A stretch of 64,000 nt of DNA from Gemmatimonadaceae bacterium (GCA_051859245.1 JBHYGA010000001.1:1-64000); one strand, 5' to 3'; shown: positions 9,146 through 18,467, counted from the first letter of the stretch. Program-made: numbers and translations. The notes: a model not told the origin generated them from the letters alone.

Positions 9146-10353
9146 GCGCGCGATTCTCCCTGCGACAGTGCATCAAGCAAGTTGGCGGCCAGCGCATCAA
9201 TGAGCTCCCGTGGATGCACTGCACTCACGGAAATGCGCAAGCGTGAGGTGCCAGCCGGCACCGTGGGGGGACGAACACCCCCGAGGAGAAAACCGCGACG
9301 CCGCATATCACCGGCCACCTGCATGGTGCGTACCGGATCGCCGATGTGCACGGGAATAATGTGTCCGTCCGACTGACCGGGAATGGTCAACCCACCTTGT
9401 TGCAGTCGAAGGCGCAAGCGCGCCGCGCGTTCGCGTACCGTGGTGCGACGCCACGATTCCGTGTCCGCAATACGCATCGCTTCCAACGTGGCCGCCGCCA
9501 GTGCAGGTGGCGTACCCGTGGTGAACACGAACGAACGCGCGCGATTCAGCAGGAACTCAATCAGCCGTGCCGATCCCGCAACGTACGCACCGGTTGTACC
9601 AAACGCTTTGCCGAGCGTGCCCACGACCACATCGAGCTTGCCAAGCACACCATGATGTTCGATTGCGCCTCGACCGCGTTCACCCATCACACCGGTGCCA
9701 TGCGCGTCATCCACGTACGTCCAGGCGCCGTACTTTCGCGCAAGTGGCACGAGGCCATCCAGCGGAAACATGTCGCCGTCCATGGAGAACACGCCTTCCA
9801 CCACAATCCACGATCGGCGGAAGTGTCCGGCGTCGGCCTGCAGTTGTGCCTCAAGCGCGCCAAGATCGGCGTGTGCAAACACGCGTAACGTGGCTTTTGA
9901 CAACCGGCAGCCATCAATCAGCGATGCATGATTGAGCGCGTCGCTGTACACCACATCCTGTTCACCCATGAGCGCTGGAATCACACCCACGTTGACCATG
10001 TATCCGCTGCCGAACATCAAGGCCCGCGCACAATGCTTGAATGACGCCAGCTCTTTCTCGAGCGCCTCGTGAATCGGATGATTGCCCGAGATCAGTCGAG
10101 CCGCACCAGCGCCTGTTCCTTCAGACTCCAGCACGGCAGCCGCAGCGCGCGCAAGTCGCGGGTCAGCCGCCAGACCGAGATAATCGTTTGATGCAAAGTC
10201 AGCGACCCGCTCACCATCAATCAGGACGGTGCCGGCGCGGCGTTGCCGCACCGACTTGAGTGTGCGACGCAATCCCGCATCGGCGAGCTGCTTCAGCTCG
10301 TCATTCAGGACGTCTTCCAGACTGGATGAGGTGACCGGCGTGTCATCGGACAT
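9142..10353 (-). CDS. bioF: 8-amino-7-oxononanoate synthase
   Basis: FASNDYLGL, NHASLIDG, EGVFSMDGD, DDAHG, TLGKAFG, RPPTVP. Confidence 0.95.
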   Translation of the reverse strand: MSDDTPVTSSSLEDVLNDELKQLADAGLRRTLKSVRQRRAGTVLIDGERVADFASNDYLGLAADPRLARAAAAVLESEGTGAGAARLISGNHPIHEALEKELASFKHCARALMFGSGYMVNVGVIPALMGEQDVVYSDALNHASLIDGCRLSKATLRVFAHADLGALEAQLQADAGHFRRSWIVVEGVFSMDGDMFPLDGLVPLARKYGAWTYVDDAHGTGVMGERGRGAIEHHGVLGKLDVVVGTLGKAFGTTGAYVAGSARLIEFLLNRARSFVFTTGTPPALAAATLEAMRIADTESWRRTTVRERAARLRLRLQQGGLTIPGQSDGHIIPVHIGDPVRTMQVAGDMRRRGFLLGGVRPPTVPAGTSRLRISVSAVHPRELIDALAANLLDALSQGESRA

Positions 10354-10371
10354 GGCAGCAAACTAATGCGG

Positions 10372-10722
10372 TCAGCGCACTAAAAACGTGAGCGTTTCGC
10401 TGGACGGATGGGCGCTGCATGCACCGGTGTATGTGCCGGGTTGCGGCAGGGTATACTCGACACGCTCGCTCGCAGGCGCAGAGAACATGCCAAGTCGATG
10501 TGCGATTGTGTCCGCGTTGGTGATGCGAATGCGCGGACGGCCACCGGCGGCCACAAGAATCGTTTCTGGCATTGCCGTGACTCGGCCAAAGCGATGATGC
10601 ACTTCAGCGATGCCACCCAACGGAATGCGAATGTCAACCGCCGGTCGCGGCCAGGTGGCAAAGGCGGCGACTACCGTTAACAGGAGAACAACGCACAGCT
10701 GCAGTGCACGCGAAACTGTCAT
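10372..10722 (-). CDS. Small exported cupredoxin-like protein
   Basis: Start reassigned to ATG 10722 (MTVSRALQLCVVLLL); RITNADTIAH...PQPGTYTGACSAHP cupredoxin-type C-terminus. Confidence 0.65.
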   Translation of the reverse strand: MTVSRALQLCVVLLLTVVAAFATWPRPAVDIRIPLGGIAEVHHRFGRVTAMPETILVAAGGRPRIRITNADTIAHRLGMFSAPASERVEYTLPQPGTYTGACSAHPSSETLTFLVR

Positions 10723-10735
10723 GAGATAGGCGTGC

Positions 10736-11365
10736 CTAACGGAGTAACTGCGAGAGATCGGCCACCATCGCCTCAACGCCAGAGTTGAACGAATACATCG
10801 CGCGCAGCTGGCCACGGTCGTCCACGAGAAAACTTTGCGACGCGTGCGTGACGAGATAATCGGCGTCGGTTGCGCCCGGCGTTTCGTACGATGCAACCGT
10901 GAACGCGTTCTGAATCGCAGCGGTGGTTGCCGAGTCACCAGATACGCCAACAAACGTGGCGTCAAACTGTTTGGCATACGCGTCGGCCACCGCTGGCGTA
11001 TCGCGTGCTGGATCCACCGTGACAAAAATCCATCGAACGCGCGACGCCTTGTCACCGAGCGCCGCTTTGGCGCGCGACCAGTCGGCGAGCGTTACCGGAC
11101 ACACATCGGGGCAGTGTGTGTAACCAAAAAACACCAACATCGGTCGGCCCGCTTCAGGCGCAAGTCGCACGGTATCGCCGGAGCTGTGCGCAAACGTGAA
11201 GGCCGGGATTTCACGCGGTGGGTCGATGGTCACGCCTTTGAACGTGGGTTCACCGCACGCGACGACACCGACGGTGACCGCGGCGAGCAGTGCGTTCCGT
11301 ACGACAACCTTCAGGCGAATCGGGCGACGCGGAAACGAGCGAGCCACGCGCGTTATTTCGCGCAT
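10736..11365 (-). CDS. SCO1/SenC family copper chaperone lipoprotein
   Basis: Lipobox VVAC; FFGYTHCPDVCP; TVDPARDT; YLVTH. Confidence 0.93.
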   Translation of the reverse strand: MREITRVARSFPRRPIRLKVVVRNALLAAVTVGVVACGEPTFKGVTIDPPREIPAFTFAHSSGDTVRLAPEAGRPMLVFFGYTHCPDVCPVTLADWSRAKAALGDKASRVRWIFVTVDPARDTPAVADAYAKQFDATFVGVSGDSATTAAIQNAFTVASYETPGATDADYLVTHASQSFLVDDRGQLRAMYSFNSGVEAMVADLSQLLR

Positions 11366-11724
11366 TCCTCACACAATCCGTAGAGCACTACCTCGTGCCG
11401 TTCGAGCGAAAAGCCCGGAGGCGTCATGTCGTTCAACTGGCCCGGGCACCCATGGATTTCAAACACCCGGGCGCACAGGCGGCAGCGGAAATGGTGGTGA
11501 TGCGCCTGTCCGGCGACTTCGTATCGCGGGGGCTCACCCGGAAGTTCGACGGGCGTGAGCCACTCCGTCTCAACCAGCGACGCAATCGTGCGGTACACGG
11601 TGGCGATGCCGAGTCCACGCACATGATCGCGCCCCGCTTCCAGCACCTCGGTGGGACCCAGTGGGCGACCTGCGTCTTCAAATACCTGCTTGATTGCATC
11701 ACGCTGACGTGTTCGACGTTCCAT
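11353..11724 (-). CDS. Fur/Zur family transcriptional repressor
   Basis: Start at ATG 11724; TRQRDAI, GIATVYRT, HHHHFRCRLC, YGLCEEC. Confidence 0.93.
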   Translation of the reverse strand: MERRTRQRDAIKQVFEDAGRPLGPTEVLEAGRDHVRGLGIATVYRTIASLVETEWLTPVELPGEPPRYEVAGQAHHHHFRCRLCARVFEIHGCPGQLNDMTPPGFSLERHEVVLYGLCEECAK

Positions 11725-11788
11725 TCTCAATAATAACCGATGGCACGACGACGAGGCCACGACGCTGGCTGAACCCGGGGCGATTCGC

Positions 11789-12472
11789 TTGATTCCCGTC
11801 GTGATTCCTTCAACCGATAGCATGCCGATCGAGCCCGTGCCGTGGGCGCGAGTTCTCACCCTGATGGCGATTGCGCTGCTCGTCGCGCACCTGCTCGACG
11901 GTCTCGCGTGGCAGCACCTGCGCGACCCCCGCGTGAACGACCGCGAATGGGGGCGGTTACTGCGATCCGTCGGCTACGTACCGACGTGGGTCTTTGGCGC
12001 CATGGCGCTCTGGCTCGCGGGACGGCCGGCGCCAGGCAACGCGCCGAACGGACTCGGCTGGCGCGCGGCGACGCTGTTGCTCGCGCCGGCGCTGTCCGGC
12101 GGTGTGGCGGAGTTGGTGAAGATCGTGGTGCGCCGGCAGCGGCCTGGCGCTGAGTCGGCGGAGTATCTGTTTCGTCCGTACAGTGTTGATCTGTGGAGCA
12201 CCAAGGGACTCGGGTTCGCCAGCAGCCATTCGGCCGTCGCCTTTGGCGCGGCGTTTGTTCTGGCGCGTTGTTTTCCGGCCACGCGGTGGGTGTGGTATAT
12301 ACTCGCGGGCGGTTGCGCCCTCACGCGCGTGATGGCCGGCGCGCACTACGTGAGTGATACCGTGGCCGCTGCCGTCCTCGCGTGGCTGACCACCGAAGTG
12401 GTGTGGCGTTGGGCTGCGAAACGCAAACGGCGAGTGCTCGCTGGGGAGCACTCGCCGCTTGCTGCAGCTTGA
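11789..12472 (+). CDS. PAP2 family membrane phosphatase
   Basis: KIVVRRQRP, FASSH and TRVMAGAHYVSD motifs with TM helices; true start may be ATG 11822. Confidence 0.85.
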   Translation: MIPVVIPSTDSMPIEPVPWARVLTLMAIALLVAHLLDGLAWQHLRDPRVNDREWGRLLRSVGYVPTWVFGAMALWLAGRPAPGNAPNGLGWRAATLLLAPALSGGVAELVKIVVRRQRPGAESAEYLFRPYSVDLWSTKGLGFASSHSAVAFGAAFVLARCFPATRWVWYILAGGCALTRVMAGAHYVSDTVAAAVLAWLTTEVVWRWAAKRKRRVLAGEHSPLAAA

Positions 12473-12490
12473 ACGTTCGAGCGCGAAACC

Positions 12491-12736
12491 TTACGCGCGG
12501 CCGTAACGCTTCTTGAACTTGTCCACGCGTCCCTGTGTGTCGATGAGACGCTGCGTGCCCGTGTAGAACGGGTGCGAGTCGGACGTGATTTCGAGAAGAA
12601 TGAGCGGGTACTCGTTGCCGTCTTCGAGGCGGATCTTCTGCTCGCTGGTCATTGTGGACCGCGTGAGGATCATGGCGCCCGTTGAGGCATCTTTGAACAC
12701 CACCGGATGGTACGGCGGATGAATGGCTTCCTTCAT
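12491..12736 (-). CDS. rpmE2: 50S ribosomal protein L31 type B (Cys-free)
   Basis: [16 protein letters not shown]...[12 protein letters not shown]...[18 protein letters not shown] upstream. Confidence 0.96.
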   Translation of the reverse strand: MKEAIHPPYHPVVFKDASTGAMILTRSTMTSEQKIRLEDGNEYPLILLEITSDSHPFYTGTQRLIDTQGRVDKFKKRYGRA

Positions 12737-12751
12737 GTGTCGCAGCTCCTG

Positions 12752-12871
12752 ACGAACCCATTTCCGGCGGGTCCGCATCGTGCCCCGAAAGGCACCTGGG
12801 GTGATCCGAACCAGTCGCCACAGGGCGACACAGCTGGCTCGGTGCGCCCGATCGTTTCGTGCACGATCAGG
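12752..12871 (-). ncRNA. Candidate structured 5' leader of rpmE2 (four hairpins)
   Basis: Hairpins at 12847-12871, 12806-12842, 12780-12795 (UUCG loop) and 12752-12776; non-Watson-Crick pairs read as G-U only on the minus strand. Confidence 0.5.
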
Positions 12872-12943
12872 ACAGTCTGAATAAATGGCTGATCCGGGCT
12901 CCAAGGTCAAGCCGCTGGCATGGCTTTGTCACGCCCGAAACCG

Positions 12944-13753
12944 CTACCAGGGCACGACCAGAACCGCGACCATGGCGCTGCCGGCCGCCAACCAGCCGAG
13001 GCGCCGGAACGGCATCATGCCGTTCACCGGCGGCAGCACGGAGCGACCCACCGTCATGGCGATGTAGAGCATCGACCCGGCCGCGAACGGGAGCACGGCC
13101 AGCGCCAGCTGCTCGGCGGCGGCCCCGATCAGGAGCGTGATACCAGCGCCCGCCATCGCAAAGACCGCGGTCAGCGCATTGAACATCACGGCTCGCTTGG
13201 GCGACAACCCCCCGTGTACGAACAGTCCGAAGGTGCCCAGCTCTCGCGGCAGCTCATGGAGACCGATCGCCAGTGCGGTCAGCAGTCCCAATTCGGGGCG
13301 CACCATGAAGGTCGCGGCGATGAGGATGCCGTCCAGAAAGTTGTGCATCACGTCGGCACCGAACGCCATGGGTAGCAGCGCGCGGCTCGGCGCGTGCGGA
13401 TGGTCGGCCGGGTGCCAGTGGCCCGACGGATGCTCGTGATGCGGCACGCCCATGGCAAGACCATGCACGTGCCCGTGATCGTGCTGCTCGAGCAACCATT
13501 CCATACCCGCAAAGAGCGCGAAGCCCGCCACGGTGGTGGCCAGCACCGTGGTGGTGGCGCCGTGCGACAGCGCTTCAGGCAGCAGGTGCAATCCCGCCGA
13601 GGCAATCAGCACGCCCACGCCAAACGAGAGCAGGTTCGGCAGCACCGCCCGCACCAGACGCTCGTTATTGGCCAGCAACATGGTCGCCACGAGTGGCACC
13701 GCGCACACGAGTGCGACGGCCACCAACGTGCGGAACCAGACAGACATCATCAC
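12944..13753 (-). CDS. ZIP family (Zn/Fe) metal transporter
   Basis: LHLLPEA, His-rich loop, MHNFLDG, LHELPRELG; multiple TM helices. Confidence 0.93.
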   Translation of the reverse strand: MMMSVWFRTLVAVALVCAVPLVATMLLANNERLVRAVLPNLLSFGVGVLIASAGLHLLPEALSHGATTTVLATTVAGFALFAGMEWLLEQHDHGHVHGLAMGVPHHEHPSGHWHPADHPHAPSRALLPMAFGADVMHNFLDGILIAATFMVRPELGLLTALAIGLHELPRELGTFGLFVHGGLSPKRAVMFNALTAVFAMAGAGITLLIGAAAEQLALAVLPFAAGSMLYIAMTVGRSVLPPVNGMMPFRRLGWLAAGSAMVAVLVVPW

Positions 13754-13802
13754 GAGACTGAGTGCGAGCGGAACGTGGAGTGCTGGCCGCGGCCGGCAGT
13801 AT

Positions 13803-13824
13803 TAGTGATATTGTAATATCACTA
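13803..13824. promoter_or_regulatory. Perfect 10-2-10 AT-rich palindrome; candidate metalloregulator operator
   Basis: TAGTGATATT-GT-AATATCACTA, about 50 bp upstream of the ZIP gene. Confidence 0.7.
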
Positions 13825-13846
13825 GCAGCACTCCGCAATCGTCTGC

Positions 13847-14287
13847 CTAGGCAACCGTCTCCGCCGGCGGGCGGTTGTACACCCGGACCACCGTTTCGAT
13901 GGGAAGGTTCGGGTCGAGCGAGTCGCGCACACTGCAGTACTTGGTAACCGCGAGTTCGACGGCGCGCTCGGCGTGCACCTGTTCAATGGCCTCGCCGCCG
14001 ATATCGTAGGTGAGCACGATCTTTGTGACGCGGGCCGGGACTGCGTTGGCTCGCTCGCCCACCGCGCCGATCGTCATGGACTGTACCGGCGTGCGGCGCT
14101 TTTCGAGGATGTCCAGCACGTCGTACCCGGTGCATCCAGCAAGTGCAAGCAGGAGCGTGTCAACGGGGCTGGGTCCCTTCACCCCTTTGCCGTCGAGCGT
14201 AATCGTTGGGCTGCCTTCACGACCTCCTTCGAAGGCATGTCCACCTACCCACTGCATGCTGACAACTGATGGCGGTTTGCCGCTCAT
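13847..14287 (-). CDS. OsmC/YhfA family protein
   Basis: Start ATG 14287 overlapping the sulfurtransferase stop; [15 protein letters not shown] and KYCSV. Confidence 0.92.
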   Translation of the reverse strand: MSGKPPSVVSMQWVGGHAFEGGREGSPTITLDGKGVKGPSPVDTLLLALAGCTGYDVLDILEKRRTPVQSMTIGAVGERANAVPARVTKIVLTYDIGGEAIEQVHAERAVELAVTKYCSVRDSLDPNLPIETVVRVYNRPPAETVA

Positions 14288-15177
14288 GGATTCACTCCAA
14301 TCGTGATCGGTGCGCGAACGGCGTTGCCCCATTCCGTCCACGAGCCGTCGTAGTTTCGAACGTGTGTAAAGCCGAGCAGGAAAGTTAGCACAAACCAGGT
14401 GTGCGACGAACGTTCACCAATGCGACAGTAGGTGATCACGTTCTGCGTTTGCTGCAGACCCGCTTCGACTTCATAGATCTCGCGAAGCGCAGCCGCGTTC
14501 TTGAACGATCCATCGGCTTCGGCGGCACGCGCCCAGGGCACACTGCGCGCACCGGGAATGTGGCCACCACGCAGAGTTCCCTCCTGCGGGTAGTCGGGCA
14601 TGTGCGTACGTTCACCCGTGTATTCCTGCGGCGATCGTACATCTATCATCGGCAGGCCGCCCTGCATATGCGCGAGTGTGTCGGCGAAGAACGCGCGGAT
14701 GGCGTGATCGTCGCGTTCACGCGCCACGTACTGCGACGCGGGGAACGATGGTACGTCGGTCGTGGTCGGGCGTTCCTCCGCAATCCACTTGGCGCGCCCG
14801 CCGTCGAGCAACTTCATGTTCCGGAAACCAAACAGCGAGAACACCCAGAACGCATAACTCGCCCACCAATTGTTCTTGTCGCCGTAAAAGATCACGGTGG
14901 TGTTTTCGCTCACACCGAGGCGTTGCAGCAGGGCTTCAAACGCTTCTCGCGACACATAGTCGCGCTGCACGTGGTCATTCAGATCAACGTGCCAATCGAT
15001 GCGCTGTGCGCCTGGAATGTGTTCCATCGCGTACAACAACACGTCCTCGTTGCACTCAAGCAATCGAATCGACGGGTCGTCAAGATGCTGCGCCAGCCAT
15101 TCTGTGCTTACGAGCGCTTCGGGATGCGCGTAGCCCTTGTCCACGATTATCGGGTCCGGAGCAAATGTGTTCGTCAT
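14284..15177 (-). CDS. Two-domain rhodanese/thiosulfate sulfurtransferase (SseA/CysA type)
   Basis: [26 protein letters not shown] active-site loop, YDGSWTEW. Confidence 0.95.
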   Translation of the reverse strand: MTNTFAPDPIIVDKGYAHPEALVSTEWLAQHLDDPSIRLLECNEDVLLYAMEHIPGAQRIDWHVDLNDHVQRDYVSREAFEALLQRLGVSENTTVIFYGDKNNWWASYAFWVFSLFGFRNMKLLDGGRAKWIAEERPTTTDVPSFPASQYVARERDDHAIRAFFADTLAHMQGGLPMIDVRSPQEYTGERTHMPDYPQEGTLRGGHIPGARSVPWARAAEADGSFKNAAALREIYEVEAGLQQTQNVITYCRIGERSSHTWFVLTFLLGFTHVRNYDGSWTEWGNAVRAPITIGVNP

Positions 15178-15313
15178 CGTTCGGAAGTGTGAGAGCGGTG
15201 TGACAACGTGATGCAGTTTACCAACGCGGACTCTGAAACGCTCGGCGCGCTCGGCGTGTTATGCTGAGGTCAGTCTCTGCACTCGCGTACGCCCGCCTTG
15301 AACCAGAAGCGCC

Positions 15314-15676
15314 ATGTCCGCCGCGCCGCCGCTACCTCAAATGGAGCCCTACGCTCGCCACGTGCTGGTCTGCACTGGCGGCTTCTGCTCCGACGACCGA
15401 CGCGGGCGGGCACTCTACAGCCGCTTGGCCCTGTTGTTACAACGCGAGGGACTGCTTTTTGGTCCGCGTCGCGTGAAACGCAGCGAAGCGCCCTGTCTGG
15501 GTGTCTGCGCCGGTGGCCCGATTGTGGCGGTTTACCCGGAGGGCGTGTGGTACGGCCACGTGACGCCCGAGCTGCTGGAACGCATTGTCGTGGAGCACCT
15601 CAAGGGCGGACGGGTGCTGGACGAGGCGGTATTCCATCGGCTGGTGCCCCAGGTTGACGAACCGCCGACCGACTGA
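15314..15676 (+). CDS. Thioredoxin-like (2Fe-2S) ferredoxin
   Basis: HVLVCTGGFC...CLGVCAGGPIVAVYPEGVWY...HLKGG. Confidence 0.9.
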   Translation: MSAAPPLPQMEPYARHVLVCTGGFCSDDRRGRALYSRLALLLQREGLLFGPRRVKRSEAPCLGVCAGGPIVAVYPEGVWYGHVTPELLERIVVEHLKGGRVLDEAVFHRLVPQVDEPPTD

Positions 15677-15712
15677 CGGCACGCGCGAGCGCACGCTGCG
15701 GGGCAGCCCCAT

Positions 15713-15741
15713 TCAACCCTCTGGCCCGCGTGACTGTCATA
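15713..15741 (+). promoter_or_regulatory. Candidate ECF sigma (autoregulatory) promoter
   Basis: TCAACC-N17-GTCATA fits the generic ECF -35 AAC / -10 GTC pattern. Confidence 0.45.
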
Positions 15742-15772
15742 CGAGGGCCATGACACTCACTTCACACTCCGC

Positions 15773-16360
15773 ATGACCAGTCCGCTCGCCATCTCGAGCG
15801 CCCCGGTCGGTCGCGCCCCGCTTGATCCGGACCCGCTTCTGGCGGGGCTGCGGGCACGCGATGCGGCCAGTGAACGTGCGTTTTATGAGCGACATGTGGA
15901 TCGGGTGTATCGGCTGTGCGCGCGCATGACCGGACGCGACGATCTCGCAAAGGAGTGCACGCAAGATGTGTTCGTGCGCGCGTTCGAACGCATAGATGCG
16001 TTTCGGGGCGAGTCTGCACTCGGTACGTGGCTGCACGCGATCGCGGTGTCGGTGGTGCTCAACACGCTGCGCCGGCACAAGCGCGTGGAGAGTCGACACG
16101 CGGATCTCGACGCTGCAGCAACCCATCACGCCGCGGTTGTGGAAGCGGAGCCGGATTTGAAGGTGCGATTGCGTGAAGCGATTGACGCGTTGCCCACGGG
16201 TTATCGCACGGTGTTTCTGATGCATGACGTGGAAGGCTTCACGCATGAAGAAATCGGTGTGGCACTCGGCGTTGCGGCCGGCACATCCAAAACTCAGCTG
16301 TTTCACGCGCGACGCAAGTTGCGCGAAGCGCTCGCGCCGTTTGCGCGAACGGAGGGATGA
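15773..16360 (+). CDS. ECF RNA polymerase sigma factor
   Basis: AKECTQDVFVRAF...FRGESALGTWL; LP...RTVFLMHDVEGFTHEEIG...GTSKTQLFHAR. Confidence 0.95.
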   Translation: MTSPLAISSAPVGRAPLDPDPLLAGLRARDAASERAFYERHVDRVYRLCARMTGRDDLAKECTQDVFVRAFERIDAFRGESALGTWLHAIAVSVVLNTLRRHKRVESRHADLDAAATHHAAVVEAEPDLKVRLREAIDALPTGYRTVFLMHDVEGFTHEEIGVALGVAAGTSKTQLFHARRKLREALAPFARTEG

Positions 16361-17079
16361 TGGACGATCACCACGAAGAACACCCGCTGGATCACACGAT
16401 TCGCGAACTGGCACAGCAGTCGTACGGCCTTCCGGCGGACACGTCGCGCGGCATTCCGCGAGACGAGATGTGGCAGGCGATTCAAGCGCGGCGCGGCCTG
16501 TCATCGCGTGCGGCCGAGACGGCAGCGCCGGTGGTCGTGCGACAGTTCGTGCCGAGAGCGCAGCGCGGACCGTGGGCGGTTGTTGCTGCCATGGCGGCAA
16601 CGCTTGCGGTCGGCGTTGCGATTGGTCGTGCCGTGACCGATCGAACGCCCGCCACAACAATGGCGACGGCCGACAGCAACGCGCGTGATGCGCGAACCAC
16701 GGGGAGCGCGCTGCCGGTGATGCTGGCGCAACTCACCAACGAACATCTGGCGCGCACCGAAGCGTTACTCGTGTCCGCGCGACAGGATCTCGAGCGTGAC
16801 ACGCCAGACGCGATGCTGGGCGCCTGGGCTCGTGATCTGTTGTCCACCACACGGTTATTGCTCGATACCGAGCAACTCACCGATCCGCGCCTGCGCCAGC
16901 TGTTGCAGGATCTCGAACTCACACTCGCACTCATTCAGCAAGCGCAGGCCAGTGGTCGCGCGGCTGATGTGGAATCGGTGCGCGACGATCTCGATAGCGG
17001 CGACTTGCTGCTTCGCGTTCGGGACGCGGCCCTGCCCAGTGTGCTGTCCAATGAACAAATCCGGGGGATGTCGGAATGA
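16357..17079 (+). CDS. Putative membrane anti-sigma factor
   Basis: ATGA-coupled to the sigma gene; short cytoplasmic N-terminus, one TM helix (VVAAMAATLAVGVAIG), helical C-terminus. Confidence 0.7.
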   Translation: MMDDHHEEHPLDHTIRELAQQSYGLPADTSRGIPRDEMWQAIQARRGLSSRAAETAAPVVVRQFVPRAQRGPWAVVAAMAATLAVGVAIGRAVTDRTPATTMATADSNARDARTTGSALPVMLAQLTNEHLARTEALLVSARQDLERDTPDAMLGAWARDLLSTTRLLLDTEQLTDPRLRQLLQDLELTLALIQQAQASGRAADVESVRDDLDSGDLLLRVRDAALPSVLSNEQIRGMSE

Positions 17080-18467
17080 TCAGATCATATAGAGTTTCGG
17101 TCCGCGCGCTGCTTGCGTGCACTTTTGCGTACGCGTTTGCAGTCACGGTGTTCGGCCGCAGTGCGTTGGCGCAGAACGCGGAGCTGTTGTCCGTGCGTCA
17201 GCTGGCCGAACTGCCAGCGATGCTTGAGTATCGCGAGGATCCCGCCGATTCACTGTACCGGCTGGGGCAAGCCGCATTGCGCCGCAGTGAACACCAGAAG
17301 GCGGTGGAACTCTTCCGCGCGGTGCGCACGCGCCACGCCAGCTCGGAGCTGGCGGGTGACGCCGGCTACTGGGAAGCGTTTTCTTTGGCGCGGCTTGGCG
17401 GCCAGGCGCAACTGGCGCAGGCCCGGGAGGTACTGGCCTGGGCCAGTCGCAATCATCCCACGGCCTCGAGCGCTGCGGACGCACGCGCGCTCGCCGCGCG
17501 CATCGAAGGGCAGTTGGCGAGCCGCGGTGATTCGGAATCGGCGCAACGCCTCACGGAACGCGCGCGCAGCATGGCGCAGACGTGTCCTCGTGAAGACGAA
17601 GACGAGCGATTGATGGTGCTCGACGCGCTACTCACCATGGAAAGCGAACGCGCAATGCCGACGCTCAAGAGTGTGCTGGCGCGTCGTGATGAATGTTCGG
17701 CAGCGCTGCGTCGCAAGGCGGTATTTCTTGTTTCGCGCAAGCGGTCGACGGAAACAGAAGACATTCTGCTCGACGCGCTGCGTTCTGATCCGGATAAGGA
17801 GGTGCGTGAGCAAGCCGTGTTCTGGCTTGGGCAGGTGAACTCGGAGAAATCCACCACCGCACTGCTCGAGCTGCTTCGCTCCTCGCGTGATCAGGCGGTG
17901 TTGGAGCGCGTGGTGTTCTCGCTTTCGCAGCAGCGCAACGATCGCGCCCAGGCCGCGCTTCGTGATCTGGTACGTCGCACGGATGTGCCCATGGAGGTAC
18001 GCGGCAACGCGATCTTCTTTCTGGGCAATCAGCGCGGAGATGCCGCCGAGTCCATGAAATTCCTCACAGAGCTGTACCCCACGCTTCCCGAGGCAGAGCT
18101 GAAGGAGCGCGTGTTGTGGGCTGTTTCGCAACGCAAGACTCCAGAAGCGCAGCGCTTCCTGACGGCACTCGCACTGAACGCCAAAGAACCAATGCAGGTG
18201 CGTCGCACTGCGATCTTTCAGGCAACGCAGGCGGGCATGACGGTGGCGCAGTTGCGCGAGTTGTACCGCAGCGTTCCGGACAAGGAGATTCGCGAACAGG
18301 TGATCTTCGCGATTTCGAACACCAAGAGTACCGAGGCCGTCGACGCGCTGTTTGACATTGCGAAGAATGATCCGGATCGCACGATGCGGCAGCGCGCGAT
18401 TTTCTGGCTCGGTTCAAGCAAAGACCCGCGCGTGCCCGAGTTCCTGCGTCAGATTCTTGAAAAGTGA
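17076..18467 (+). CDS. Exported TPR + HEAT-repeat protein
   Basis: Signal peptide; YRLGQAAL...AGYWEAF TPR-like segment; repeated VREQAVFWLGQ / MRQRAIFWLG units. Confidence 0.88.
   Translation: MIRSYRVSVRALLACTFAYAFAVTVFGRSALAQNAELLSVRQLAELPAMLEYREDPADSLYRLGQAALRRSEHQKAVELFRAVRTRHASSELAGDAGYWEAFSLARLGGQAQLAQAREVLAWASRNHPTASSAADARALAARIEGQLASRGDSESAQRLTERARSMAQTCPREDEDERLMVLDALLTMESERAMPTLKSVLARRDECSAALRRKAVFLVSRKRSTETEDILLDALRSDPDKEVREQAVFWLGQVNSEKSTTALLELLRSSRDQAVLERVVFSLSQQRNDRAQAALRDLVRRTDVPMEVRGNAIFFLGNQRGDAAESMKFLTELYPTLPEAELKERVLWAVSQRKTPEAQRFLTALALNAKEPMQVRRTAIFQATQAGMTVAQLRELYRSVPDKEIREQVIFAISNTKSTEAVDALFDIAKNDPDRTMRQRAIFWLGSSKDPRVPEFLRQILEK

Noticed and set aside
10723..11055. N-terminal half of the 227-aa ORF 10372..11055
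   Set aside because: Alternative-frame overlap with sco; the real gene most likely starts at ATG 10722.
11715..11736. TTATTATTGAGAATG at the fur start resembles half of a Fur/Zur box
   Set aside because: The second half-site is not complementary; too weak to call.
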